In this document: positions 1-10,361 of the stretch, one piece after another
Numbering within the stretch: position 1 is the first letter of the stretch
How the letters are laid out: every line of letters starts with the position of its first letter
Source of the DNA: Escherichia phage vB_EcoM_WFbE185
DNA length: 64,000 nt
Direction: 5' to 3' (one strand)
Sequence record: MK373778.1
The notes under the pieces: generated by a model
What the model saw: only the letters and a program-made list of their open reading frames with translations
What the model was told of the DNA's origin: nothing
The model's database searches: none
Made by a program: the position numbers and the translations under genes

Positions 1-1214
1 TTGTATCGATTTGGAATAGGTTCCTTAACAAAAGCGCCAGGATAAGGTTGAACCGGGTGAGAACGACCTTGTGGAATCACCTTGTTCTGCTCTTTAAGGC
101 TATTAAAAATAATAGCATCCCATGTTTTAATTGGGCTAAACACAGATTGAATCTGTATCTTAGCATAATAACCCATGTCCAAACTCAAGTTGATGAACTG
201 ACGCTTAGCATCAATTTGCAATACACGATACACGTCGATAATGTTATAAGAAATATATCGTTGGTGATTGCTTTCACGAAGCTTAGAAATAGGGCCGTCG
301 TATTTCAGTTTACCAACGTTCAATTCAAATTCTGAAATGTAATCCAGAGAATACGACGGTTGATTGGTAAAAGAGAATTTTTTGTAAAGGTCAATGTAAT
401 CAAGAACAGAGATACCGAACAATGTAATGATTTCACGAGAACCATACATGTTTTCGATAACTTTAACACGAGTTTTACGATGCGGTGATAAACGTTTCGC
501 AGTAGATTCGCCAAAAATATTCTTGATTCGGTTATACACATATGGAATATCAAATGACTCAACGTTCCATCCAGTCAAAATGACAGGAGTTTTCTGTTGC
601 CAGAAGTTGAGATATTCCATCAACAATTCTTTTTCGTTATTGAATGGCATATAAATGATTTTATCGATAATTTCGGATGGAACTTCATCACCGCCTTGTT
701 CTTGAAGCTTAGCAGCGATTTCAATAGACCATTCTTCTACATTACCATACGGAGAATTCAAAAGGTCAAATACATAAAACCTGTCATCAATTGAGTCATA
801 ATGGGTGATAGCATCAATCGGATGTTTTGCTTGTGACGGCTCAGGGAACCCATCCGGAGATGTTACTTCGATGTCGAAGTTAGCCACACGAATTTTTGTA
901 TGGTCGTATTTGATTTCATAGTTATAAGTGTCAGACAAATACGCCAATTTGAAATCGTCCATGCCGAGTGCTTCAAGTCCGATATCTTCCATGCGTTTAA
1001 TCCATTGGGAGGCATCACGCATATTAGCGAACAACTTACGAGTACACGGCTTACCGTAGATATCGAAATATTTCGTAGCCTGACTTTCCGGACAATGAGC
1101 AAACAGTGATGGTTTATATTCTACTTCACGAGTACGTTCACGGCCATTAGAATCGATGTAACGTTCAAAAATTGAATCACCAATCTGTTCAACCGTTAAG
1201 TAAAATTCTTTCAT
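1..1214 (-). CDS. 43: DNA polymerase gp43, N-terminal part (gene continues past window start)
   Basis: Open minus frame from ATG 1212-1214 to edge; hand translation MKEFYLTVEQIGDSIFERY and ANFDIEV exonuclease motif; absent from ORF track because no stop in window. Confidence 0.9.
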   Translation of the reverse strand, partial: MKEFYLTVEQIGDSIFERYIDSNGRERTREVEYKPSLFAHCPESQATKYFDIYGKPCTRKLFANMRDASQWIKRMEDIGLEALGMDDFKLAYLSDTYNYEIKYDHTKIRVANFDIEVTSPDGFPEPSQAKHPIDAITHYDSIDDRFYVFDLLNSPYGNVEEWSIEIAAKLQEQGGDEVPSEIIDKIIYMPFNNEKELLMEYLNFWQQKTPVILTGWNVESFDIPYVYNRIKNIFGESTAKRLSPHRKTRVKVIENMYGSREIITLFGISVLDYIDLYKKFSFTNQPSYSLDYISEFELNVGKLKYDGPISKLRESNHQRYISYNIIDVYRVLQIDAKRQFINLSLDMGYYAKIQIQSVFSPIKTWDAIIFNSLKEQNKVIPQGRSHPVQPYPGAFVKEPIPNRY

Positions 1215-1261
1215 TTAATTTCCTTTAGACGAGTTATTGTCTTTTGTTTGTTGATGAACTT

Positions 1262-1295
1262 ATTATACTCCAAATGGGACCGAAGTCCCATTGCT
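1262..1295 (-). promoter_or_regulatory. Promoter-like -10 TATAAT preceded by UUCG-loop hairpin, upstream of gene 43
   Basis: Minus reads AATGGGACTTCGGTCCCATTTGGAGTATAAT; hairpin AATGGGAC/GTCCCATT; no clear -35. Confidence 0.35.
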
Positions 1296-1664
1296 TTAAT
1301 TACCAATTGTATATTTTGCTTTCAAAGTCCAGTCATCTTTCTGTTTAAAAGAGATAACACGGAAGTTATTAGTCAGGCCAAACAGATCTTCACGAGCAGA
1401 GTCTTCAATAACAATCAAGCCCCAGTCTTCAAGCAACTGAGCAATCGAATCACGTCGCTGATAGTCTTCACCATCGATATCAACCTGACGTCCGTCCATA
1501 CGCAGCATTTCTTTAAAGTGGACGATGTAGTATTTACCTTGCTTTTGGAGGATATGACAGGACTGATAAAGGATTTTATCCTTGTTATTAGCGATGCCCA
1601 TACGGGTCAAAGTCTCTTTGACTTTCAGAAAATCTTCAGGGTTCTTCAATTTAATTTCAATCAT
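1296..1664 (-). CDS. regA: Translational repressor RegA
   Basis: ORF track 1296..1673; MIEIKLKNPEDFLKVKETLTRMGIANNKDKILYQSCH matches remembered T4 RegA; lies between 62 and 43. Confidence 0.9.
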   Translation of the reverse strand: MIEIKLKNPEDFLKVKETLTRMGIANNKDKILYQSCHILQKQGKYYIVHFKEMLRMDGRQVDIDGEDYQRRDSIAQLLEDWGLIVIEDSAREDLFGLTNNFRVISFKQKDDWTLKAKYTIGN

Positions 1665-1666
1665 TT

Positions 1667-2230
1667 TTACCATTCCAATGCTAATTTTTTAAATTGTTTT
1701 TGTTCTTTCACATTTTTTGTAACTTCTTTGAGAAACTCATCAGTGACCATGGCCTTCAGTTCTTTAAGGACTATTGGCAACTTGTTATTTTTTTCAAGGA
1801 GCCGCTTATACTCGGTAGCATCATTCATGTTGATTGTGTAATGTTTCATCAACAGTTTGATAACTAGTAACTCTGAAGTGTCTTCGACTAGTTTAGCCCA
1901 TTTAGAGAATCGACGACCACGCGGAATTGCAGCCATCATATAGTTGAAGTGCGCTTCATCACTTAATTCAGAACCGACTAAGTTCATCATGTAAACGGCT
2001 GGCATACATTCTGGGAACTGGGATAATGAGTTCTCAACCATAAATTTTGAGTAGTCGACCTGAGCAATTGACATAGATTTCTTTTCATTAATAGCATTAA
2101 TGATTTTAAAGAATTCATTCTCAGGTTTTTCTTTAAACATGTCAGCACATTTTTGAATCGCATCAGCGTCGTTAGACTTCCATGCAATTTGGTGCTCGTT
2201 AAGTTGGACGTCATCATCAAATAAGTTCAT
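1667..2230 (-). CDS. 62: Clamp loader small subunit gp62
   Basis: 187 aa ORF; resembles T4 gp62 ([14 protein letters not shown]...KLALEW); synteny 44-62-regA. Confidence 0.9.
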   Translation of the reverse strand: MNLFDDDVQLNEHQIAWKSNDADAIQKCADMFKEKPENEFFKIINAINEKKSMSIAQVDYSKFMVENSLSQFPECMPAVYMMNLVGSELSDEAHFNYMMAAIPRGRRFSKWAKLVEDTSELLVIKLLMKHYTINMNDATEYKRLLEKNNKLPIVLKELKAMVTDEFLKEVTKNVKEQKQFKKLALEW

Positions 2231-2231
2231 A

Positions 2232-3194
2232 TTATTTCCAAGTCAGTTCGCAGGTCAGTTGAAGAAGCATATACATAACATGTAATTCAATATTACTTGC
2301 TAATCCATGAAACTTATTATTTTCGCCTGCAATTTCATAAAGCGAAATAATACTTTTACCTGGTGCAACTTTGTCATAACACTCAGAAACTAATTTATCG
2401 ATGAACCATGAATAATCAGCGGCATATTTTGGAGCTAACGCACGAAGCTGTTTGATATCTTTATTTTTCATTGCTTCTATGACATCATCTACCGTGCCAC
2501 GATCATTGGTTACAATCGACAAAATACCTGCATCAAGAACACCTTTAGACGAGTACTGGTCTAATTGACCAATTGTACGTCGAAAGTCCGGGAAGTTCTT
2601 TTTAACCAGAGCTGCAACAACTTTCATATCAGCGATTTCGATATTTTCGTTCTTACAGATTTCAACCATGCGATGAATCATTTTCTTCATCATTGAGATT
2701 TTATCTTCTTCGGTTGGACGTCCGAATTCGATAACTCGACAACGACTACGTAACGGTTCGATAATTCCATCGATGTTGTTGGCAGTAATAATAATAGAAC
2801 AGTTACTAGAGAATTCTTCCATGAATGTACGAAGGTGACGTTGTGATTCAGCGAGGCCACTACGGTCAAATTCATCAATAACAATAACTTTAGGCTTGCC
2901 TTCCATTGAGACTGAACGAGCGAATGCAGTTAATGGGCCACGCACAAAATCAATCTTACAATCAGAACCGTTGACGAACATCATTTCAGCGTTGATATCG
3001 TTACATAATGCTTTTGCCACGGTTGTTTTACCGGTACCAGGAGAAGGAGAGTGTAAAATAATATGAGGAAGTTTTCCTTTAGATACTAAAGACTTGAATG
3101 TTTCATGGTCATACGCGGGCAGAATACATTCGTCAATGGAAGAAGGACGATATTTCTGTTCTAGAATGTGTTCTTTGGAATTGATAGTAATCAT
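2232..3194 (-). CDS. 44: Clamp loader large subunit gp44 (AAA+ ATPase)
   Basis: 320 aa; Walker A SPGTGKTT; Walker B VIVIDEFD; synteny. Confidence 0.95.
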   Translation of the reverse strand: MITINSKEHILEQKYRPSSIDECILPAYDHETFKSLVSKGKLPHIILHSPSPGTGKTTVAKALCNDINAEMMFVNGSDCKIDFVRGPLTAFARSVSMEGKPKVIVIDEFDRSGLAESQRHLRTFMEEFSSNCSIIITANNIDGIIEPLRSRCRVIEFGRPTEEDKISMMKKMIHRMVEICKNENIEIADMKVVAALVKKNFPDFRRTIGQLDQYSSKGVLDAGILSIVTNDRGTVDDVIEAMKNKDIKQLRALAPKYAADYSWFIDKLVSECYDKVAPGKSIISLYEIAGENNKFHGLASNIELHVMYMLLQLTCELTWK

Positions 3195-3269
3195 GTAATT
3201 TTCCTCATTATCATTAAACTGGAGGATTTCTCCTCCATAATCGTACTACATTAAACGTAAAGCTTTGAC

Positions 3270-3956
3270 TTAGAAGTCGTGGGTAGAATCGGCTTCCATC
3301 GCAATAACATAACTTACTTGAGAGCTTTCAAACTTAGCTGCAACTTTATCACCAGCTCCCCACAACATTACTTTATAGTTACCTGGCTGGATTTTCATAT
3401 TAGCCATATTGATTACGAAGTTAAAGTTGTTAGAACCATCATAATCAGTAAGAGTCAAAGAATACTTAGGACGAGTCAAGCCAGAATCTTCAACTTTATT
3501 ATAGCCATTGATAACAATTTTACCATCTTTATTTGTAATAGCAATTGTATCAATCTGAAGACCACGTGAAACTCGAAGCAATTGTTGAAGGTCTTCAGCT
3601 TTAATTTCAGTAATCACAGAAGCCACTGGGAATTGAATTGGCTTATTAGGAAAAACAATGGTGCTCTTGTCAGCGGCAGGCCAATAAACTGTGGAACGTG
3701 TATCTGCAATTTTAATATTGCCATCAGTGTGCATTGAAATTTCAGCATCATCAGATACTAGACTCAAAATGCTTAAGAAGCTATTCAAATCATAAAGTGC
3801 TACGTCAAAATCAATTTCATCAGAGATATTTGCTTCCGCATAAGTGGTGCCATTAACTGCACGAGTCATAATAAATTTACCTTGACTCAGCAGAATGCCA
3901 GAGTTAATAGAGGCAAAGTTTTTCAGAATAGCGATAGTATCTTTAGACAGTTTCAT
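3270..3956 (-). CDS. 45: Sliding clamp gp45
   Basis: ORF track 3270..3971; from MKLSKDTIAILKNFASINSG closely matches remembered T4 gp45. Confidence 0.95.
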   Translation of the reverse strand: MKLSKDTIAILKNFASINSGILLSQGKFIMTRAVNGTTYAEANISDEIDFDVALYDLNSFLSILSLVSDDAEISMHTDGNIKIADTRSTVYWPAADKSTIVFPNKPIQFPVASVITEIKAEDLQQLLRVSRGLQIDTIAITNKDGKIVINGYNKVEDSGLTRPKYSLTLTDYDGSNNFNFVINMANMKIQPGNYKVMLWGAGDKVAAKFESSQVSYVIAMEADSTHDF

Positions 3957-3998
3957 TTTATTTCCTTTCAAGACAATTCAAAGTTTATAACAAATTTA

Positions 3999-4415
3999 TT
4001 ATGCAGCAACCATCTGCTTTTTAATAGCTTCAGGCAGTGATTCAATATATTCTGGAATTTTAGAAGCAACAATTTCGCCAGCTGCAATTAGTTGTTCGTC
4101 GGCATCAACACAGTAAAAATCTTCAAGGCGTTCAGAACCGTCTTTATCAAGAACGATTTTAGCACCTGCTTCGATAGAATCTTTATAGTGCTTACGCATC
4201 AAATGAATCCACATATCAGACACATCGTTATCAATAAAACCATAAATCATAAAACGAGTTTCTTGTGGCAAAGATTGGAGTTTTTTAGCACTTGCGTCAT
4301 CACAATGCAGGACCCATGCTTTACGAACACGATTATGGTTATGCGGGTTAGCGTCAGTACGGATAGAAGTAACTTTCAGATCAGCAGCGGTAAAACCTTT
4401 AGCAGTAGTAAACAT
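3999..4415 (-). CDS. rpbA: RNA polymerase-binding protein RpbA (by position)
   Basis: 138 aa ORF directly downstream of gene 45, as in T4; sequence not independently recognised. Confidence 0.55.
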   Translation of the reverse strand: MFTTAKGFTAADLKVTSIRTDANPHNHNRVRKAWVLHCDDASAKKLQSLPQETRFMIYGFIDNDVSDMWIHLMRKHYKDSIEAGAKIVLDKDGSERLEDFYCVDADEQLIAAGEIVASKIPEYIESLPEAIKKQMVAA

Positions 4416-4427
4416 ATTATTTCTCTC

Positions 4428-4628
4428 TTATTCGTAGAAGTCGGTAACTGTCCATGCGGAATTGCGATTAGACATTATTTTATTATACTCATCTTTAAAA
4501 GCAGATTTGAGCATTTGTTCAGTGACAATATGTTCTTCACCTGAAAACGTATTGGTCAAAACATATTTTTTAATTTCAGGGACAACGAGAAGATGTTGTC
4601 CAGTTGAATACTCCATGTTGTTCTCCAT
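4428..4628 (-). CDS. Small conserved protein, 45.2-like
   Basis: 66 aa ORF between rpbA and 46; position only. Confidence 0.5.
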   Translation of the reverse strand: MENNMEYSTGQHLLVVPEIKKYVLTNTFSGEEHIVTEQMLKSAFKDEYNKIMSNRNSAWTVTDFYE

Positions 4629-4670
4629 TTAATTTGATGTGGTCATTATAACCACATCGTGTTAAAGCGT

Positions 4671-6359
4671 TTATGAAACAGTCATTACAGTAAATCGTCC
4701 AACTTTGCTCATTTGCAAATGTTGTCCATAACGTTGAGGGTCATGGTCCCTATGAGAAATAATGAACACGTTAGTATTTTGTAAACTTCCAAGAATGGTA
4801 TCTATAGCCTTAACAGCTTCAGAATCAACTGCCCCATCAAAAACCTCGTCAAGAATCAGAGTGTTGATTTTAACACCAGAGACCTTTTCAGCAATATCTC
4901 GCCATGTAAACAACAACGCGATATCAATGCGTGCTTTTTCACCTTGACTAAATGAAGCATAACTAAAATCTTCACGACCACGTGATTTTATAGATTCATT
5001 GAATTCTTCATCAATAGAAAACACGTAATCAGCTTCCATAATTTTAAGATAATGGTTAATCTGCTTGTTGAACAGAGGCACATATTTTTTAATGATAGCA
5101 CCTTTAATACCAGAATCTTTTAACATATCTGTGATAATACCACGATGGTATTTTTCAAGAACGATATCCGATTTTGTTTTAATGATTTTATCAAGTTCTT
5201 TTTGAAGCAAAGCTATCTCATCGGCATGGTCGATAAATTCTGCTGAGGCTTGCTCTATTGCAGCTTTAACTTTCTTAGCTTTATCAATAGTGGCAATCAT
5301 TGCTTGTTTCTTGGTACGAATATCAGATGCAAGGTCCTGCTTAGTCTTAACATTAGCTCTATATTCATCAACTAGGACACTCAGATTATCTCTGTGACAG
5401 GTAAGTTGCTCGAATGAGTGATTACATTCATGAAGCTTATCGGTAATCTTAGAGACAATAGGATCACCCTGGTGCAACTGTGATGCACAAGTAGGACATG
5501 TACCACCATCATGATACATCTTAATAACTTTGTTATATGAGTCAATTTTAGATTTAATCAAGAATGCTTCTTGTCCGATCTTGTTGAATGCCTCAGTAGG
5601 GTCTTCGTCCAGAACGATATTAAGTAGACGCTCGTTAGCTTCTTCAATTTCTGCTTTTAATGAACGAGCTTCTTTGGCTAGGTCGTCATACATATTCTGT
5701 AGACGAGCTACATTATCACCAGATAATTTCTTTTGACGTTCGATATTCTCGTTATAAATCTTAATTTGTTGGATAACACCATCTTTCTTGGCATCGAGAA
5801 CTTGTCCCTGAGAATTAAGTTCGCGAACTTGAGACTTATTGATTTTATCCATTTCAGCGAGTGTGCCAACTTCTAAAAGGTCTTCGACAAGTTTTCTACG
5901 AGCAGGGGTGCTAAGAGCCATGAAAGGGGTATACCCTGCCGTCCCAAGCACAACGATTTGTTTAAAAGACGCGTATGACATTCCGATGCTACGTTCAAAT
6001 TCTTCTTGGAAGTCACGACTGCTGGCAGATTCATCAAGACGAACACCGTCAACGGAGATTTCGAAAATATTGGGCTTTTGGCCACGTCTAATGAAGTATT
6101 TTTTATCATCGAATTCCATCCAAAGCTCAACTAAGAGCTCTTTCTTGTTCGTGCTATTAATGATTTGTCCTTTCTTAACATCACGAAATGGTTTGCCGAA
6201 AAGTCCAAAAGTGATGGCTTCTAACATCGTAGATTTACCGCCGCCATTTTTACCAGTGATTAATGTCTTTTGGACTTTATCTAATTGGATATCAATAGGA
6301 TTCCCACCTACCGACATGATGTTTTGATAACGAACACGATTTAATTTAAATGATTTCAT
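4671..6359 (-). CDS. 46: Recombination endonuclease subunit gp46 (Rad50/SbcC-like ATPase)
   Basis: 562 aa; Walker A GKNGGGKST; long coiled coil; CPTC zinc hook; D-loop LILDE. Confidence 0.9.
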   Translation of the reverse strand: MKSFKLNRVRYQNIMSVGGNPIDIQLDKVQKTLITGKNGGGKSTMLEAITFGLFGKPFRDVKKGQIINSTNKKELLVELWMEFDDKKYFIRRGQKPNIFEISVDGVRLDESASSRDFQEEFERSIGMSYASFKQIVVLGTAGYTPFMALSTPARRKLVEDLLEVGTLAEMDKINKSQVRELNSQGQVLDAKKDGVIQQIKIYNENIERQKKLSGDNVARLQNMYDDLAKEARSLKAEIEEANERLLNIVLDEDPTEAFNKIGQEAFLIKSKIDSYNKVIKMYHDGGTCPTCASQLHQGDPIVSKITDKLHECNHSFEQLTCHRDNLSVLVDEYRANVKTKQDLASDIRTKKQAMIATIDKAKKVKAAIEQASAEFIDHADEIALLQKELDKIIKTKSDIVLEKYHRGIITDMLKDSGIKGAIIKKYVPLFNKQINHYLKIMEADYVFSIDEEFNESIKSRGREDFSYASFSQGEKARIDIALLFTWRDIAEKVSGVKINTLILDEVFDGAVDSEAVKAIDTILGSLQNTNVFIISHRDHDPQRYGQHLQMSKVGRFTVMTVS

Positions 6360-6610
6360 ATGTATTCTCTTCGAATGAAGTCCTCTACATATTTTAACAT
6401 GTCATCTCTATCAGCAAAATATTCATCTAGTTCTGCATACATAACAACACCTGGTGCATACTCACAGGTAACATACATTGTTCCAAAGAAACGAGGAGTT
6501 GATTCCTCGTAATTCTCAGTCCATTCAACGATGCCAATATAACCGTCACCAATACTAAATTCATGGCGATGGATTTCATAATCAGTCTTCGTCATTATAC
6601 GCATCCTCAA
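6356..6610 (-). CDS. Hypothetical protein (46.1 position)
   Basis: 84 aa ORF, start overlaps gene 46 stop. Confidence 0.5.
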   Translation of the reverse strand: MRMRIMTKTDYEIHRHEFSIGDGYIGIVEWTENYEESTPRFFGTMYVTCEYAPGVVMYAELDEYFADRDDMLKYVEDFIRREYI

Positions 6611-6839
6611 TACACGCTTCAGCCATTTTAAGAATAGAGCCAGGAGTATCGTTGTCCATTATATTAAAGCTAAATTCAATAGCCCAGTCGGTGCAGACAT
6701 GAACTGCTTTAACTTCATTGCCTTCAACGTGTAATGGCTCAATCCAATACTTGATAGTGTTCTCGAATCCATCATCATCTTTAATGTCTATTTCAACTTC
6801 AAGCCCGAGCCCAGCATTGTTAAATTCATCTAAAGTCAT
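6582..6839 (-). CDS. Hypothetical acidic protein (46.2 position)
   Basis: 85 aa ORF between 47 and 46. Confidence 0.5.
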   Translation of the reverse strand: MTLDEFNNAGLGLEVEIDIKDDDGFENTIKYWIEPLHVEGNEVKAVHVCTDWAIEFSFNIMDNDTPGSILKMAEACIEDAYNDED

Positions 6840-7855
6840 TGTGTTGCCTCAATATAAAGTTCGTTGGAATATTTGACCAGTGCTTCTCTGTCTTCGTCTG
6901 AGATATCTGGAATCGCGTCAATATATTCTTTAATGATATCTTGAAGTGATTTAATCTCGATTTCCTGGTCGTCATCAGATTCAACATTGTTATCAACTTT
7001 AGAAACCATACGAAGAGAGTGAACTACTTTTTCAAGTTCAGATTCAAACTTAGTCAACTCTGAATCAATTTCTGATACTATAACACGTACGGCTAGATTA
7101 GTATAATCAGAATAATTGATTTTGCCTTTAAACGGATAAGTGATTCGTCGATGCCATGTTGTTTCATTAGGAATAAATTCCATACGTTCAACATCAGTAT
7201 CAAATACCCAGAATCCGCGCGGGTCGTTCTCATCGCCTGCAGTAAGGGTCCATGGTGTCCCAATATATTTGACGTTAGCAGCTTCAGAGATTGTGTGGAA
7301 GTGGCCAGACCAGACTTGTTTATAGGTCTTTAAGAAATCAGGTTCAAGCCCATGAGACTTCATTCCTTTATAGAAATAAAAGCCATTCAGTTCCCAGTGC
7401 CCAACACAATACGCTGCGGAAGAAGTCTTGATGTGCTCTAAGATTTCACCTGTATTTTCTTCACACATCCATGGAACGATATCAATCAGACATCCGTCAA
7501 AATCTACAGTAGTCGGATGCTCGTAAATAGTAAAGTTTTCAAATTGAGTTAACAATTCAGAAACAGTGTTAGGTGTTATTGTATTCTTAAACGCCATGTC
7601 ATGGTTTCCTATCGTGACATGAACGTGAATGCCTGCTTTAGAAATCATATCAACGATTTCACGATTGAATTCCATTGTACGATGTGTTATTGCTTTACGG
7701 ACGTCAAACCAATCACCGTACTGAATCCAAGTTTTAATCCCGTGTTTCTTAGAGTATTCAATTGCTTGTTGAATACCATCACGTTGAATATCTTGAACCC
7801 ATGGGTCGTCTTGTTTGACTCCGATATGGAAGTCGCCTAAGTGCAAAATTTTCAT
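6836..7855 (-). CDS. 47: Recombination endonuclease subunit gp47 (Mre11/SbcD-like)
   Basis: 339 aa; phosphoesterase motifs GDFH, GDWFD, GNHD, GHFH. Confidence 0.9.
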   Translation of the reverse strand: MKILHLGDFHIGVKQDDPWVQDIQRDGIQQAIEYSKKHGIKTWIQYGDWFDVRKAITHRTMEFNREIVDMISKAGIHVHVTIGNHDMAFKNTITPNTVSELLTQFENFTIYEHPTTVDFDGCLIDIVPWMCEENTGEILEHIKTSSAAYCVGHWELNGFYFYKGMKSHGLEPDFLKTYKQVWSGHFHTISEAANVKYIGTPWTLTAGDENDPRGFWVFDTDVERMEFIPNETTWHRRITYPFKGKINYSDYTNLAVRVIVSEIDSELTKFESELEKVVHSLRMVSKVDNNVESDDDQEIEIKSLQDIIKEYIDAIPDISDEDREALVKYSNELYIEATQ

Positions 7856-7901
7856 ATTATTTCCTCATTAGTTAATTCATTCTATCATCCGTTTATAAAG
7901 C

Positions 7902-7925
7902 AAAAAAGGAACTCCGAAGAGTTCC
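7902..7925 (-). terminator. Rho-independent terminator (GGAACTC-CGAA-GAGTTCC then T-run)
   Basis: Hairpin at 7908-7925 followed on minus strand by TTTTTT (plus A6 at 7902-7907). Confidence 0.6.
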
Positions 7926-8098
7926 TATCCACATAGTACACCGTACAGAGGCTCATTTGAACTTTTAAATCGAATGGGCTTGTACGTAATAGTTCCTTCG
8001 GCTTTAGCTTTATCATAAGACTCTTTAAAACGTCTCATTCTTTCTGCTTTGCCTTTACGGATTTTATCGAAATTTTCAGAAGTCGGGATGTTCGTCAT
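7925..8098 (-). CDS. Small basic protein, 57 aa
   Basis: Hand translation MTNIPTSENFDKIRKGKAERMRRFKESYDKAKAEGTITYKPIRFKSSNEPLYGVLCG; below ORF-track cutoff; stop overlaps terminator hairpin. Confidence 0.4.
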   Translation of the reverse strand: MTNIPTSENFDKIRKGKAERMRRFKESYDKAKAEGTITYKPIRFKSSNEPLYGVLCG

Positions 8099-8137
8099 GC
8101 ATAAGCACCTCTCAGAAAATACCTAAATCGATTTCTC

Positions 8138-8344
8138 TTATCGTTTCCACCATTTCTTAACTTGAAATGAATCGACCCACACGAGTTGTTTTGGGTCTGC
8201 CTTTACAATAGGCGGACAAATTTCTGTAATAGAACCGTCGTGATATTCCTTTTCAGAAATTTTAACACAAAGAGGACCTCCCAATTTAAGGGTGAACCCT
8301 GCGTTCAGCTTTAGACGTTTAAACTTTGTTTGAACTAGCGCCAT
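8138..8344 (-). CDS. Hypothetical protein
   Basis: ORF track 8138..8359; start moved to internal Met to reduce overlap. Confidence 0.4.
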   Translation of the reverse strand: MALVQTKFKRLKLNAGFTLKLGGPLCVKISEKEYHDGSITEICPPIVKADPKQLVWVDSFQVKKWWKR

Positions 8345-8642
8345 TAATGATGTCCTCAATAGCCTGACGAGTAGTAACCCACTGGATTTTAATTAACTTG
8401 TCATTGTATGGTTGTCGTAGAATATCCCGAGATTTCTTAATAGCATATTCGTAAGCTTCGAAGTTGTTTTGAATTGCTGCTTCTTGAGCATGAGCATAAA
8501 GACGGTTTAGTTCAAAACGATTCTTTTTAAGAATCTTTTCGGATTTTTTACGTGCTTCAGCTTCATTTTTCTTTTGGATTTCTTGTAGCATTTTAGCTAC
8601 TGCATCTTCTGCTTCTTTATTTTCAATAATCTCGGTAGTCAT
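8319..8642 (-). CDS. Hypothetical protein, 107 aa, coiled-coil-like
   Basis: ORF track. Confidence 0.45.
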   Translation of the reverse strand: MTTEIIENKEAEDAVAKMLQEIQKKNEAEARKKSEKILKKNRFELNRLYAHAQEAAIQNNFEAYEYAIKKSRDILRQPYNDKLIKIQWVTTRQAIEDIINGASSNKV

Positions 8643-8643
8643 A

Positions 8644-8859
8644 TTATCTCATTAAATTAAAATAAAAACGTCCATCCTCTTCAATACAGAACTCATATTC
8701 AACTGGAGTCCCGTTTATCGAAAATGACACGTCATGTGGGTTCAAAGGGTCGATGTCAAAATTAATTTTAAATTCACGACCCAACAGTTTTACCAAATAA
8801 GGGATTGCTTCGTCAAAAGGTTCTTCTAAGTAGTTAGAGATGTCAATTGTCATCCTCAT
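8644..8859 (-). CDS. Hypothetical protein, about 71 aa
   Basis: ORF track 8644..8937 trimmed to internal Met ([11 protein letters not shown]) to limit overlap with gene 55. Confidence 0.4.
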   Translation of the reverse strand: MRMTIDISNYLEEPFDEAIPYLVKLLGREFKINFDIDPLNPHDVSFSINGTPVEYEFCIEEDGRFYFNLMR

Positions 8860-9418
8860 ATAAAAAATCCAAACTAGGCGAATCGCTAACAACTTCCTTC
8901 TTTTCAGCCCCAGGAGCTTTATAAGCGGATTCTTCATAATGCGTCATTTTATCGTAGATGTCTTGAATAAATGTTTCATCTACCAACGCTACCATATCAT
9001 CGTCATGACTGTCGTAGACATTATGAACGAAGTAACTATATTTCTTTGCAACTTCCTTACGTTCTTTTTTGATACGTTGGACAAAAGCATTAAAACAAGC
9101 TCGAGTTATGTATGCATGTGGGTTATTGTACTTAGTTTCGTCGAAATTATGAAGTCCCTTAATAGAGGCTTCAATCCCATCTGCAATCATCTCCTGCTTC
9201 CAAGACTGGGTATATCCTGAAAAGTTGAAACGTTTGGACAGGCCTTCGGCGATAAGCATAATTGCTAAACCGATGGTATCATTCTGACGAATAATTTTGT
9301 TTGGGTCTTTATTATTTAAGAGCTCCTTTTTCCACTCGATTATAGCGGCGAGAAGCTCTTTATTATTCACATAGTTATTTTTAGGTTTTTGTTCAGTCAT
9401 AAGTACCTCTTGGCTCAA
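8843..9418 (-). CDS. 55: Late-transcription sigma factor gp55
   Basis: 191 aa; [27 protein letters not shown]...[48 protein letters not shown] matches remembered T4 gp55. Confidence 0.9.
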   Translation of the reverse strand: MSQEVLMTEQKPKNNYVNNKELLAAIIEWKKELLNNKDPNKIIRQNDTIGLAIMLIAEGLSKRFNFSGYTQSWKQEMIADGIEASIKGLHNFDETKYNNPHAYITRACFNAFVQRIKKERKEVAKKYSYFVHNVYDSHDDDMVALVDETFIQDIYDKMTHYEESAYKAPGAEKKEVVSDSPSLDFLYEDDN

Positions 9419-9429
9419 TTCATAGGTCT

Positions 9430-9465
9430 ATTATATCATAATATTTAGAGACCTATCTTAAAGCA
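9430..9465 (-). promoter_or_regulatory. Candidate early/middle promoter for gene 55
   Basis: Minus reads TGCTTTAAGATAGGTCTCTAAATATTATGATATAAT; MotA-box-like TGCTTTA upstream of extended -10; spacing not ideal. Confidence 0.35.
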
Positions 9466-9472
9466 CGAGATA

Positions 9473-9742
9473 CTATCGGAGCAAACAATAAGCCTGAAAC
9501 ACTTTTTCCATTAAACGTTTGAACTCATGGATATCGATATAAAGCTCAGTAAGACCGGCATTATAAAGAAAATCTAAAAAGTTCTCATGTGTTTCGTTAT
9601 AGTCGCCTTCGTTTAATTGAGATACATGAGTTTCCCAAAAACCAACACCTTTAACGAATGGAAAATACGTGACTTTCATGTATTCGTCAACATAAAATTC
9701 GCCCAGCTTTTCTTCAGTTATACTGATTCGAGTTAATTTCAT
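9473..9742 (-). CDS. Hypothetical protein, 89 aa
   Basis: ORF track. Confidence 0.5.
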   Translation of the reverse strand: MKLTRISITEEKLGEFYVDEYMKVTYFPFVKGVGFWETHVSQLNEGDYNETHENFLDFLYNAGLTELYIDIHEFKRLMEKVFQAYCLLR

Positions 9743-9966
9743 TCTAGTTCCTTTGCTGCTTCAAGAGCAGCATCCAGCGAATCAAATTGGTCAACGAAAT
9801 CAATATTCAACGCATCGTCAACCGTAGCATATAACCACCATTGTTTGAATTCGTATTCTAGAATAAATCCAGGACCTTCAATCTGAGGAAGACCTAGACT
9901 ATTTGTACCAACTTCGTAACCAGCTAGACGCAGGTCATTAATCAAAGTTTCTGTTAATACGCTCAT
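9739..9966 (-). CDS. Hypothetical acidic protein, 75 aa
   Basis: ORF track; start overlaps upstream stop. Confidence 0.5.
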   Translation of the reverse strand: MSVLTETLINDLRLAGYEVGTNSLGLPQIEGPGFILEYEFKQWWLYATVDDALNIDFVDQFDSLDAALEAAKELE

Positions 9967-10295
9967 TTTACCGCCTTAACAATTTTAAGGTCAACGAATT
10001 TTTTCTTACGTTGATTTTTCATACGACGGATAGTCTTTTCAGAGATTTCATGTTTCTGATAAGCTTTAGATTCAACACCAAATGCAGCAACGTCAAATTC
10101 AGAAAGAATATATTGTACTAGAATTTCGCGAATAGAATTACGTCCAATTTTCTGGTCGTGTTTTTGCATGATTTCATAAAGACGGAATTCCCACGCGTCA
10201 AGAACTTGAGGAGTAACAATATTGCCGGATTCCAGAAGAGCAACAACTTTATCGAAAGCGAAAGAATTAACTACGTTTTTGATTTTAGTAGACAT
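9963..10295 (-). CDS. Hypothetical protein, about 110 aa
   Basis: ORF track 9963..10343; start moved to ATG 10295 with SD GAGGAAAA, because early promoter lies at 10333-10361. Confidence 0.5.
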   Translation of the reverse strand: MSTKIKNVVNSFAFDKVVALLESGNIVTPQVLDAWEFRLYEIMQKHDQKIGRNSIREILVQYILSEFDVAAFGVESKAYQKHEISEKTIRRMKNQRKKKFVDLKIVKAVK

Positions 10296-10332
10296 ATTAT
10301 TTTCCTCGGTTATTTTATTATCCAACGAGAGA

Positions 10333-10361
10333 ATTATACTCATCTCTCAAGAGTTTGTATA
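10333..10361 (-). promoter_or_regulatory. Sigma70-type early promoter
   Basis: Minus reads TATACA-17-TATAAT; GAGAGA/TCTCTC inverted repeat flanks -10. Confidence 0.5.

Noticed and set aside
1289-1295. MotA-box-like TGCTTTA on the plus strand near regA
   Set aside because: Orientation would drive antisense transcription into regA; likely a chance match.
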